In this document: in pieces, positions 1 to 10,934 of the stretch
Position numbering within the stretch: position 1 is the first letter of the stretch
Layout of the letters: the number at the start of each line of letters is the position of its first letter
Source of the DNA: Octopus bimaculoides
Lineage: Eukaryota
Length of the DNA: 32,194 nucleotides
Assembly: GCF_001194135.2 (NCBI RefSeq)
Contig: NC_068981.1
Location: 115,070,676 to 115,102,869, forward strand
Direction of reading: 5' to 3'
Translations under genes and position numbers: made by a program
Notes under the pieces: model-generated
Databases searched by the model: none
What the model saw: the letters and a program-made list of their open reading frames with translations, nothing else
Told to the model about the DNA's origin: nothing

Positions 1-16
1 ATATATATATATATAT

Positions 17-745
17 AGTGGCGTACGTGCACGTTGCCTTTTATATGTAAGTACACATTTTTCTAAATCTTGTATTACACTATTCCTATCTATCAGCCCC
101 TTCACCCTTACTCATTCATTCCACTGTTCATTCTTTTGTTCCTCCTCGCTCACATTTCCTTGCCTTCTCTTCTCCCTCCACTTTTCACTTCACTGTGTCC
201 CTGTCATTTTTTCTTGCCCCTCCCTAATTCTTTTGTCCCTCTGCCTCTACCTCTCTCTCTTCTTTTCCCATGTGACTGGTGTTTGGCCAACCCTGACCTT
301 TCTATTTTTGGGTGGCCAATGTATGTGCAACATCGTTATTTCTCCCTGTACCTGTGAAATCTTGTATCCTTGGTGTGAGACCTTATTTCCATACATGCCA
401 GCTTAATTTAATTCGTCCTTAGTCGAAAGACATCTGTTGTTATGTCCTGTTAATATTCTTACTGTATTTGTGTAACATTGTTCGTTTTTTTCCGTCCTTG
501 TTTTTGTATACATTCACTGCTTTCTTCCAAGGCATCTAATGCTCTTAGCTTAGTTCTTCCTTGGGGCTGGCCAGATTGGAGCAATATCGAGAATAACCAG
601 CTGAAATTGCAAGGATAATCTGGATCTCGGCTGAAGAGAGAAAACTCCGAATGCCATGTCCGTGTTTACTTTGTATTGTCTATCTGGATGTTTTGTGCCT
701 TTCTTGTATCACCTAACTGTCTGGATATTTTGCGTTCTTGTCCCA
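17..745 (+). mobile_element. Probable Penelope-like element (PLE) terminal-repeat remnant with a degenerate hammerhead-like core
   Basis: Pyrimidine-rich non-coding stretch bounded by (TA)n tracts. Contains CTGAAGA-GAG-AAAA-CTCC-GAA at 631-651, a motif typical of PLE terminal repeats. No PLE ORF seen. Confidence 0.3.
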
Positions 746-779
746 TTCTGTATTATTTATATATATATTATATTTATAT

Positions 780-900
780 GTACATTATGTAGATATATAT
801 TTTGTAATATGTGTATATATCTGTACATTATTTATATATATATGTATAATGTATATTTATATATATATATATATATATATGTACATTATATAGGTATATA

Positions 901-953
<53 letters not shown>

Positions 954-972
954 GTACATTATATAGATATAT
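780..972. repeat. (TA)n/(TG)n compound microsatellite
   Basis: Direct reading. It explains the spurious 656..976 ORF. Confidence 0.9.
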
Positions 973-975
973 TTA

Positions 976-2087
976 ACTAGCAGCTAAACCTGGTTTCACC
1001 CGGTCTGTTTGGATGATGTGGCTGTGATTGTTTTTGGTTAGGCATAATCTATAACAGCGTTTCTCAACCTGATCATTTCGTGTCCTGTTTTGATTGGAGC
1101 CTCCAGCTGTATGAAGATTTCACCCCCTCCTGTCAGAAAATGGCTTCCAGAGTTGTGAAGAAAGAATTTGTACATAGTCTGTTTGTGAGAGCTATTCTAT
1201 TGGACATCTGTCTAATCATTAAAAGATATATTTAATTATGAACATAGAAAGAAATTATACATTAATCACAATTTTTGTAAGCAGTTTTATCCATAAAAAT
1301 TTTATTTGTAGAGAGCAGAAATTGAAAGATATATGAAATGGATGTGTGTGTATGTGAGAGAGAAAGAGGGTAAGAAAGAGAAATAGAATGAGTGAGTGAA
1401 TACGCTTTATATTATAGAAATTGATACATACCTGTTGAAGATTAAAATGTATGTAAGAGCTATTGTTTTCGACGCGTGTATAATCATAGAGAAACTGAAA
1501 GACATGAAATGTCCGTTTGTGTGTGTATGTGTGTGTATTTTTTGGCGGGATTTTTGCATTTAGCAGGAGTTGTTTTATCTCTTGATCAATAGCCAGACAA
1601 GTGAAAAGGAAAGGTGATCTTTTGAAGTGGGCATTGAATGAAGAGACATGGACAGTTTTATGACTGAACTTCTTTTGAAGTTGTGGTGAGAGGGGAGAAT
1701 TGATGTGCGTGCATAGGTCTGTGTGTGTGTGTGAGTGTGTATGTTTGATGAGGTGTGCGCGACAGAGAGAGTAATGTTGATGGTGTATGTGTATATGAGA
1801 GAGAAAGAGAGAGAGAGATAACTGAAATTTATCATTCAGTTTATTTATTATATGTGTATATGTATGAATGGCTTCAGTGACATACTCACATACATGCATG
1901 CACGCAAGTTGTTTTAATCGATTTTCTCTGTGGATATAACATGGGGGCTAGGAAAAAATTGAAAGTGCATTTCAATCTATGCACCCGTTTTCACATGTGT
2001 GCCATTTTTCACGCAAATCCACCCAGCCGTTTGGCCGTGAACCTCAAGACAGGAAAGAATACAACGGTCGGCCAACTTCAATTTATA
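976..2087 (+). mobile_element. Non-autonomous Helitron/Helentron-like (HINE/Lep1-like) element
   Basis: Starts ACTAGCAG followed by a short hairpin (ACCTGG-tttcac-CCGGT). Has internal GA/GT microsatellites. Ends with AATCCACCCAGCCGTTTGGCCGTGAA...CAATTTATA, resembling the subterminal motif of Lep1/DINE-1-type elements. The 3' end runs into a gap. Confidence 0.45.
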
Positions 2088-2712
2088 NNNNNNNNNNNNN
2101 NNNNNNNNNNNNNNNNNNNTATATATATATAATGTACATTATATAGATATATATGTATCTATATTTGTGTTTGTGTATATCAGAGGCAACTCCAAGTCAT
2201 CAGCATCACTTGGGCTCATCACAGATCAGATTTTGCATAAGGCACATACCTGTGCGAAAAATTTCACGTTTTGTGCTTTATTTCTCTCCTCAAATGGCTC
2301 ATTTTTTTTAATAAAGATCAACTAAAAACAGAACTCAAGTTTTCAGGAAATCATTAAAAAAATTTTTTTTTTTTATGACAGTCACTATTTAATATTGTTA
2401 ATTGTTACTTCAAACTCTAGATCTGATCTCTCACACCTCACTTTCAGTGTCATTGTTGTATTAAGCACTCACATCATTGAAATTTTAAAAGCTTTGCGGT
2501 AATGAATGATTAATTCAAAATGATGTAAATAAATAAGCATTACATTGACAGAGTAATCTGAATGCTGAAGGTTTAAGCAATTTTCATTTCGGATCTCTTG
2601 AGGTTTTTTTTTGTTTTTGTTTTTTTTTACACTTGTTTCTTCTTTCTTGTTTTTTTCTTTCGTATATTTTTTGTACTCTCCAATTGTATTTTTCTTTTTC
2701 CTCTTTTTAAAG

Positions 2713-2845
2713 AGTGATGCAGAAGACAGAAGGAAAGAAGAAAAACCAAATTTTGCCCGTTTGGGTGAAGCACTTGTATTATCTTCTACCAGTCCAAGTA
2801 GTATCGGGGCCAGCACTAGTAGTGCTGGTGCTGCTAGTGGTAGAG
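2713..2845 (+). CDS. Exon of an unidentified host gene (SDAEDRRKEEKPNFARLGEALVLSSTSPSSIGASTSSAGAASGR)
   Basis: About 100 nt of polypyrimidine tract ends in AG (2711-2712). A perfect donor AG|GTGAGT follows at 2846. The 133-nt interval is open and GC-richer than its flanks. A second frame (+1) is also open, so the frame is inferred. Confidence 0.65.
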
Positions 2846-3002
2846 GTGAGTGTCCCAGATATGAAATTGATAGCTTGGTAGGTTTCTATTGCAATCAAGA
2901 CAATTCTGAAGATGGTGTGTCAGCATAGTTTGAGATAATTAAAACATTTTGAAGGTGTAATTTTCAAAAATTTTTGGAAGATCATCTTAAATAATCATTT
3001 AA

Positions 3003-3059
<57 letters not shown>
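3003..3059. repeat. (ATT)n microsatellite
   Basis: Direct reading. Confidence 0.95.
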
Positions 3060-3550
3060 GTTTCCATATTTTTATCTAATTTAATATATAATTTTCCTGA
3101 ATACTTTCTATTTTAAAATTCTTTTTGCAACTCTTATATTGATTGCTTCAATGTACAAATGTATGGATTATAAATAAATGATATTCAAAAATAAATTTAA
3201 AGCTTATATTTAAAAATAAAAGTTTTAATGATTTTTAAGTGTTAATTGTTTAAATATCTGAGGCAATTTGTGTAAATAAAATGGTAATATTTTGGACTGT
3301 TATAATTTTATGTTTCGAATTGAAAAAATTTTCAGTTTGCATTTACGGTACTTTTCTATTGCTCTTGACTTCTAATCATTGTCAGGTTATTTATTTCTAG
3401 ATGTGTACATTCTTGAAAACTGGATTAGAACTAAGAATCTATATTTCTAAACTGAAAGCAACGATTTTTTTTATCCAGTAGGGTACTGATGTATGCACAT
3501 ATTTATTTTAGAAATAAATGTAGTGAGTTCAAAACCAATCTGGTTACTAT

Positions 3551-3974
3551 CTTTTATCTTTTGCTTGTTTTAGTCATTAGGCTGTGGCCATGCTGGGGCA
3601 CCGCCTTGAAGAATTTTTAGTCAAATGAATTGACCCCAGTACTTTCTTTTTCTTAAGCCTGGTACTTATTCTATTGGTCTCTTTTGCTGAACCACTAGAT
3701 TATGGAAACATAAACACATCAACACCAGTTGTCAAATGGTTGTTGGGGACCAACTAACATGCGCACGCACACATACACACACACACACACACGTATTCAC
3801 ACACATAAGACAAGTTTCTTTCAGTTTCCATCAACCAAATCCACTCAAGGTTTAAGCTGGCCTGAGGCTATAGTAGAATACACTTGCCCAAGATGCCATA
3901 CAGTGGGACTGGGCTTGAAACCATGTAATTGAAACCAGTCTGGCAAGTTTCTTGCCAGACTGCCACACCTGCAC
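3551..3974 (-). mobile_element. SINE family C (tRNA-like head, CORE-like TTGGGCAAGTG segment, internal (CA)n, long tail), near full length
   Basis: Reverse complement aligns by eye with 4238-4603 and with 11791-12005 plus 13201-13364. Confidence 0.8.
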
Positions 3975-4175
3975 TTATGTACGCATACTGGAGAAGATCA
4001 CTTGGTGAAAATCAGAACCAAACCAGTTTAAACATAGTGTGGATATAACTTGGAAATTTTGAAAAATTCTTTGGAACAATACCCTTATTTAATGCCCCCT
4101 TTTTTGAGAATGTACTAGTTCAGTATTGTTGAGTCAGGAAGATTTATCTTCCCAGACCTACAAGATTTAGTGTTA

Positions 4176-4229
4176 TGAAAATTGAAACTAGATTTAGTTT
4201 GAAAATTGAAACTGAATTTAGTTTGAAAA
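4176..4229. repeat. 24-bp tandem duplication (about 2.25 units)
   Basis: TGAAAATTGAAACTAGATTTAGTT / TGAAAATTGAAACTGAATTTAGTT / TGAAAA. Confidence 0.9.
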
Positions 4230-4237
4230 GAAGCTTG

Positions 4238-4600
4238 ACATGTGTGTAATAAGAAGCTTGCTTCCCAACCATACAGTTCTGGATTCAGTCCCACTGTGTG
4301 GCAGCTTGGACAAGTGTCTTCTCTTACAGCTTCAGGTAGATGGAAATTGAAAGAAGCCCATCCTATTTATATGTACATATCTATGTATCTGTGTCTGTGC
4401 TTGCTCCCCCCCCCCCACCACTGCTTGACAACTGGTATTGGTGTATTTACGTCCTTGTAACTTAGCAGTTCAGCAAAAGCAAAAGAGTCCGATAGAAAAA
4501 GTACTAGGCTTAAAAAAATAAGTCCTGGAGTCAGTTCATTTGGCTAAAACCATTCAAGGTGGTGCTCCAGCATGGCCGCAGTCAAATGACTGAAGCAAAA

Positions 4601-4603
<3 letters not shown>
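4238..4603 (+). mobile_element. SINE family C copy
   Basis: AAGAAGCTTGCTTCCCAACC...CAGTCCCACTG...TTGGACAAGTGTCTTCT...CCAGCATGGCCGCAGTCAAATGACTGAA. Same family as 3551-3974 in opposite orientation. Confidence 0.8.
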
Positions 4604-4636
<33 letters not shown>

Positions 4637-4865
4637 TGAAGCAAGTAAAAGAATATATATATACATACATAGAAGATTGGAAAGAGAACACACTGCTTGC
4701 ATAATGTTGATATTTGTTTTACAATTATCACACAATGTCAAGGCAAGGAGGCAGTAACATGCACGCACATATAAATATATATTTATATTTCGCCATGATA
4801 GATCGCTGACCACTACATTTATATTTTTTTTCTCCTTGTTTTTCTCCTTATTTCTTTTTGTGTTC

Positions 4866-4993
4866 CTTTCAGTTGAAGAGCGTAGCTCGAAACGTTAAAG
4901 ACTTTCTCTATTCCCGAGCATTAAACTAATACATCTATTCGTTGTTTACACCACCTGTCTTCGTCTGTTGTTTTTTTCGTAAATTCTCCCATA
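4866..4993 (+). mobile_element. PLE-like terminal fragment with a minimal hammerhead-like motif (family H1)
   Basis: CTTT-CAGTTGA-A-GAGC-GTA-GCTC-GAAAC-GTT-AAAG at 4866-4900. Homologous inverted copy at 12935-13060. Confidence 0.55.
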
Positions 4994-5175
4994 NNNNNNN
5001 NNNAATAGAATTAATAATTAACAATTTTGCCAAGTAGTTCAGTATGAAAAAACCTTTATCGGTAAAACCATTTATCATCATAAATATACAGGGATTAGCA
5101 TTGAGTTGCTTCTCCAACATACTGAAAATTTAGAAATAGCAGTCAAAGAACTACTGATTCTAAACTACACATTTT

Positions 5176-5214
<39 letters not shown>

Positions 5215-5215
5215 A

Positions 5216-5350
5216 TGGGCTCCCCCTACTGAATCCACTCACAAGCCTTTAGTCAACCTAGAACTATTGTAGAAGACACTTGTCTAAGGTGCCACAGTGG
5301 AACTGAATCCATGTTGTTGAGAAACAAACTTCTTATCACATTGTCGTACC
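5216..5350 (-). mobile_element. SINE family C 5' part (diverged)
   Basis: AATCCACTCACAAGCCTTT...GTAGAAGACACTTGTCTAAGGTGCCAC matches the family C head/core. Confidence 0.7.
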
Positions 5351-5428
5351 TATATATATATGTGTGTGTGTGTAAGATAAAAGGAGAGAAAATAGAAAGC
5401 TTTTGACAATGCAGGAAGTTTAATAAAA

Positions 5429-5464
5429 CCTTTATATCTCAGGCATAAAGCCCATCTTCAGAAG
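5429..5464 (-). ncRNA. Degenerate minimal type-I hammerhead ribozyme motif (PLE-type)
   Basis: Minus strand reads CTT-CTGAAGA-T-GGGC-TTTAT-GCCT-GAGA-TAT-A-AAG. Stem I is CTT/AAG, stem II is GGGC/GCCT, and stem III is a self-complementary ATAT. GAAA is mutated to GAGA. Confidence 0.45.
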
Positions 5465-5502
5465 AAAAGAACAGTCTGTAGGTTCTGTTAACCCATTCAA
5501 AT

Positions 5503-5773
5503 CTATTGTAGCAACCATCTCAGCATGAATGTCCTTGGGGGCTAAACCCTTTTTCTGCCAGTACTTGAAACACCACGGTGCCAAATTCTGTCCATTTTTC
5601 AAGAGAAGTCGCTACTAGTGAGTTTTGAAGTTTTTAAACAGTCAGATGTCTGTTTTTCTGGAAAGAAACAATGCAGTTATTAATAAGAAGGGTTGAAATT
5701 AATGCATGCAAGATTTTACAGCTCTAGCATCACTCCTTCATAGTCAGCCTATGAACTTTTCAGCCTACCCTCA
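5503..5773 (-). mobile_element. Mariner transposon 5' fragment (TIR plus start of transposase)
   Basis: Minus strand reads TA-TGAGGGTAGGCTGAAAAGTTCATAGGCTGAC, a mariner-type TIR. ATG at 5595 gives MDRIWHRGV/KYWQKKGLAPKDIHAEMVAT with one frameshift, matching a mariner N-terminal HTH start. Confidence 0.7.
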
Positions 5774-7149
5774 TATGTATGTGTATGTGGGTGCTCTTCA
5801 TCTTATCATTGTGCAAGTTTTGAAACAAGTAAAAGGCATCTGGCCTTAGAAAATCTGCCTCAATGATTTCCATCTGATCTATATAAAAATAGAAAAGTGG
5901 ATGTTAAAATGGTGGTGATAATGGAATTTTTTATAGATAGACAGGCAGATGAACACACACACACACATGATAAACTTTTCCATTATTCTTGCATACATGT
6001 CACATGGAGTTGTTCTGTTGTAAATCCAACCTGAAATACTAATAATGATGATGAAGTTATCAAACACTACTCCTACAACCTGTTTAAGGGATACATTTTA
6101 AGATTAAAGAGAAAGTCTTGAATTATTTAATTTAATTTGTTTGAAGATTTTATTGCAAAAATATACCCAGAAAAAATATTTAAACAAAATACAAAACAAT
6201 AACATATCTTTGTTTGAAACTACATTTTTGGTAAATAATGACAACTTTCAGAATATAAAGTACTGATAATCCTGAACTCATTGATAACGTTTGCAAAAAA
6301 TAACAAAGACTCAATATAATCATGAAATTGAGCACATATATTGTTATATCTACAATAGTATTTCCTCTGTTGTAGAGATAAATCTGATGAAATAGAATGC
6401 ATATTTGTTTGCAGATTATTTTTACTCTGAAAGGAAATGAGATCAGTTTTTCAATACATTGCTATTTACAGAAGAGTACTAACACCATCAAGAGTAATTG
6501 AAAGTGTGTCTATGCAGTCACCTAACTTACTGTAATTAGCAGTGCTAACATCTTAAAATCTTAAAGATGGATGAATATACTAAAGTTATCTTAAATATGA
6601 TATGTCCAGCAAAGATGACTTGGTCACTGCTTGAATGCTGGTTGAATATTGTGAGTTTATCATACTGAAAAATTTACAGTTGTATGAAATGAAATTTAGT
6701 GTCTCTGAAGAGGGGCTTTCCAAAATACAATTAAAAAAATTTTAGCATGAATAAACAATATTTCAGAAACAATAGCAATGACACTCTTTCCAGCTTTAGA
6801 GAGTTCTGCACAGAATATATTCAATAAATCACAGTACTTCATATATCTTGTAAAATATATATATATATATATATAGAAACATTAGAAAAACACTTAATGA
6901 GACTAAATTTCATCTTCAGACAGCATTCATACTATATTTGTTCAGGAAACATTATTAGAACTACAGCACAAGACATTTTAAAGCATTGTTAATAACACTT
7001 TAAGACTGGATAATCCATATCTCTATGGAAGTGGCCTTGTAGCATACTTAAAATCCTGTTATCTAGTACACTGATGCCATAAATGGCATAGCAACATACT
7101 AGAAATGCAAGCCTTCATGATGAAAACAAACACGAAGCACAATAATATA

Positions 7150-8330
7150 AAAAAAGCTTACATTGCACAACCATCCTCACTGGTTGTTCAACTAGGTTAC
7201 ACACTCCAACAACAAGACCTTAGCACTTGTTCAAAACCGTCGTTGGGGGGAGACTTTAATGCCTACAACACAACTTGGTGTTTAGAAAATACTAATAATA
7301 CAAAAGAGGAAGCAATAACGCTACGTCAAAACTCCTTTTACATCATAAACAATAGAAACACACTTCACCTAACTAACTACAACGATACTTCGCCAGACAT
7401 CGCCTTCTGCTCGAGACACTTAGTTTCCACTTTACCAACATTTCTGACCGTCAACTTAGTGATATCACAAAGCCTTCAAACATAGTGGACCAAAGCAAAA
7501 ACACTTTTACAAATTTTAAAAAGGCTCAATAGAACCAGTTTCACGTGGAAACAATCAAGCTTCCCTGAGTTGATCTTCAAAATTATCAACTTAGATACTG
7601 CAATATGTACAGAAATACTTAACTTATTGAAGACCAACACCATGCACGCGTGCATACATCAGAAATAAAACTCGGCGTCAAAACTTGCAAGCATCTGTAT
7701 TCAGCATAAACCACAAAACATTCAGTAAAATACTATAGAGTAATCGTCTCTATAAAAAGTTCAACATAGTTTCAAATTCAGACCATTATACTTAATCACT
7801 AGACTACTCTCAAACCTATCACAGGAAATACGATATCTTTAACTAGAAAAAAAAAAAAGAAAAAAACTATATGCACCATTCTAGTTACCAAGGCTCCGCC
7901 CCATCCTTTGGTTTCCACATAAGAAGTTGGAGTTGCTGAATCACTGTAGGAGCAATTACATGGTCGCACAACTTCCCGAATCTTCCTACCGTCTTAAATA
8001 TAAGAAAGAACTGGACAAGAGATACATTAACTGGAATACCTTTGTATGCTTCTTCAAAACTGGCTTGGGACTAAATAACATAAAACGCCGACTGGCAAAC
8101 GTACAAAAACATTTCTAAAACTGAAGGAAGTATCACAATGACCTGTCCTTTCCTAGCTTTTTGAGATATAGACATACACAGCCCTCACTCACAAGACATG
8201 AATTTATAAATCTTCAAACAGAAATAACTTCATACTTGAATCCTCCCTCTGTTCTTTAAATACTGCTGCACAACGCATCCAACACTTCTAGCAACCTGGT
8301 TGTAATATAGCAAACTCAAGTATGATCGGC
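7150..8330 (+). pseudogene. Decayed non-LTR retrotransposon (APE endonuclease; I/Jockey-like)
   Basis: ORF 7105..7485 contains GGDFNAYNTTW and SPDIAFCS, which are APE motifs. Downstream sequence is A-rich and frameshifted. The right boundary is approximate. Confidence 0.55.
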
Positions 8331-8574
8331 TAAATTTACTGTATCCCTTTTTACCACCAAACACCAGAGAACATTAAAGTTACATTCAATAGCATAAACG
8401 TTGCATACATAATCAAGAGTTACAAAACCATGACGTAACATTGACAACATACACAGAAGACAAAAATGAAAGCAAACAAAGGAACAAACGTTTTTAAAGT
8501 AATCACAGATACCATATTTGACCAATAGAAACAGGTGTACAAATTGACCAACGAGAGAACATCTACATAGTCAT

Positions 8575-8725
8575 TTGACCTTCAAGAAATAGTGGCCAAA
8601 TCCTCTCAAATCACATTCTATTCATGGAATAAATGTTCCTAGAATTTGGGATAGTCATGACCGGATTGCTTTCGTTCATGGGTTTGTTGGATGAGAGTTG
8701 ACCTTGTTCTAAAACAATAACATTA
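8575..8725 (-). repeat. Unclassified dispersed repeat family R
   Basis: Diverged matches by eye to 10410-10575, 15420-15600, 18140-18215, 18315-18455, 19755-19955 and 25715-25790. Confidence 0.5.
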
Positions 8726-9242
8726 GATATGGAGGATTAGAAGGAACAGTAGATAGAACATGTCAAGTTTGCCAGGCTGCACCTCATCAATTCCTCACAC
8801 CATGTCGGATTGTGCTGTGTGAACCCCGGAAAAGTTGAGACATGGTACGATATCTGAAATAGCAGGTTTGTGGATCACATCTAACATGTCCTTTCGACTA
8901 CTCACATGCCTTAGCCCTACTTAACCAGAGCTAATCCCGGCGCTACACAATGGTAACAAATTAGAGCTTCACTTCTTTGTCATCGACAGCACTATGCAAG
9001 GCTTTGAACCACGGAATCCTTCGTTTGTTGCCCCTTACCTTATCGCTTCAATCATCTGAAGCTGTCTATGAGAACAGGACTATATACGTTTCTTTCTGAG
9101 TCATATCATGAACTTCCCGATTTTAATATACTCTAGCATTTGGCCTACATTTTAGCCTTAAAATTATGTTTCGAATAACGTATAATTAAATAACGCGAAA
9201 TAATGATAAATCAGTAACACGATCGGTAACCTTCTAAAGCCG

Positions 9243-9282
9243 TTTTATATAATATATATTATATAATATATATTATATAAAA
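9243..9282. repeat. Perfect 40-bp A/T-only palindrome
   Basis: TTTTATATAATATATATTATATAATATATATTATATAAAA equals its own reverse complement. Confidence 0.9.
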
Positions 9283-10934
9283 AAGTTGGAGCGTGTAAAC
9301 GAACATTGGAGGGACTACAATAATCAAAAACAAACCTCGGTGCTCTACCAGCATGCCAAAGAACAACATTGTGGTTTACTGGACAGAATTAGCATAGAAA
9401 TCATGTCGTGACGCATCGTTGCGACAAATACAGGAGTCGGTCCTCATAACTGAAACGCAACCAATTTTAAACACCAAATACACGTAGATGAGGGCCTTAC
9501 AATTGCCCATGGTTGCATGTGTTGTTCACACATATGATGCGGAATATGAACGTAAATAAATTAATTAAAAAGTCTCTATCTGATCTGATATAAACGAAAT
9601 TGTTACAAACACACATATGGACGCACATACTTACATATAAGCACGAACACATAAGTGCGTGCACACATATGAGCGTGCACACATACGAGCTTGCACACAC
9701 TCACATGCTCATACCNNNNNNNNNNNNNNNNNNNNNNNNNNNNNNNNNNNNNNNNNNNNNNNNNNNNNNNNNNNNNNNNNNNNNNNNNNNNNNNNNNNNN
9801 NNNNNNNNNNNNNNNNNNNNNNNNNNNNNNNNNNNNNNNNNNNNNNNNNNNNNNNNNNNNNNNNNNNNNNNNNNNNNNNNNNNNNNNNNNNNNNNNNNNN
9901 NNNNNNNNNNNNNNNNNNNNNNNNNNNNNNNNNNNNNNNNNNTATATATATATAAATATTTTATGAAGACACGTTTTAATTTTTATTTTTGACTTCATAC
10001 AAAATAATATTGACATTTAATAAGTCCAGAATTCTGCTAAAATCATTAAAGGAAGTAGAAAAAATAGAAAAGACAAAGATATTGTTGTAAGGGTGAAAAA
10101 ATGTTTTTACGGGAAAGTTGGAGAATGTATACAATTGCAGGCGAGAAGCGATTGTAGGATCGAATATAATTTTATTTTGTCTAATAAAGTCTTAGCAACC
10201 CAAACAAGCTTGTTTGACGCCCTATTTTAATTCGCGGCCCAGATATGAAAACTACCTACATTGACGATCACTTGCCGCCAAAGTTGGTTTATATACAGTG
10301 TTTCGAGAGGAAACTTCCTTTCTGGCGTCATTTAAACTTCTTTCTTGAGGAATTTTTCTTTAAAGATATCACATATTTAACTGAATAGTCATATTTATTG
10401 CAAGAATGTCAAGGCAACCTTGAACAAAGACTTTCTAGTCATGATTATCCCGTCATATTTTCTGACATCGCTTTCGCCAGACTATGCAATGGGTCTTTTA
10501 TGATGTTAGAAACTAATTTGAGTGACATTAATTGCTAATTCTAACAGGTCAAGCAACCAAATAGAGGTGCTCTCGTTGGCTTGTCATTATAATGCAACCT
10601 TGTGAACGAAAACTCGAGGTTTTGAGTCTTTCGAAAAGATGTTAAGGAATGCAGTTCGCTTGATTACAGCTTGAAATAATGACTGAATGCAAGCGAGTTT
10701 AGTAGACGGCTAAGCATCAGGAGAAGGATTGTACTTCGGTGTATTATGCTAAAGATTAAAAGTGGGTGACAACACAAATACACCCACCATTTGTGTTGGA
10801 TAAATATAGTTAGGATATATCTCTAAAACGCAAATTGACAATATATCTAACTCTACACTATCGAATTCCTGCTACTTTAACTTTTGTCACCCCAACACAT
10901 ATATTCACGTAAGATGTGCGAGGTGTAAATGTAA

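Noticed and set aside
1255-1899. 214-aa minus ORF
   Set aside because: Runs through GA/GT microsatellites of the Helitron-like element, has a biased His/Thr/Leu composition and no domain.
6100-6700. Possible exon after TTTGTTTGCAG (6414) and ORF 6220..6402
   Set aside because: Frames close quickly, there is no matching donor, and the peptide is unrecognisable.
8730-8830. DRTCQVCQAAPHQFLTPC as a LINE C-terminal zinc knuckle continuing the 7150-8330 element
   Set aside because: Spacing is degenerate and it is separated by another repeat, too weak to annotate.
9497-10016. Cluster of overlapping ORFs
   Set aside because: Translations of CA/TA-rich low-complexity DNA and a gap.
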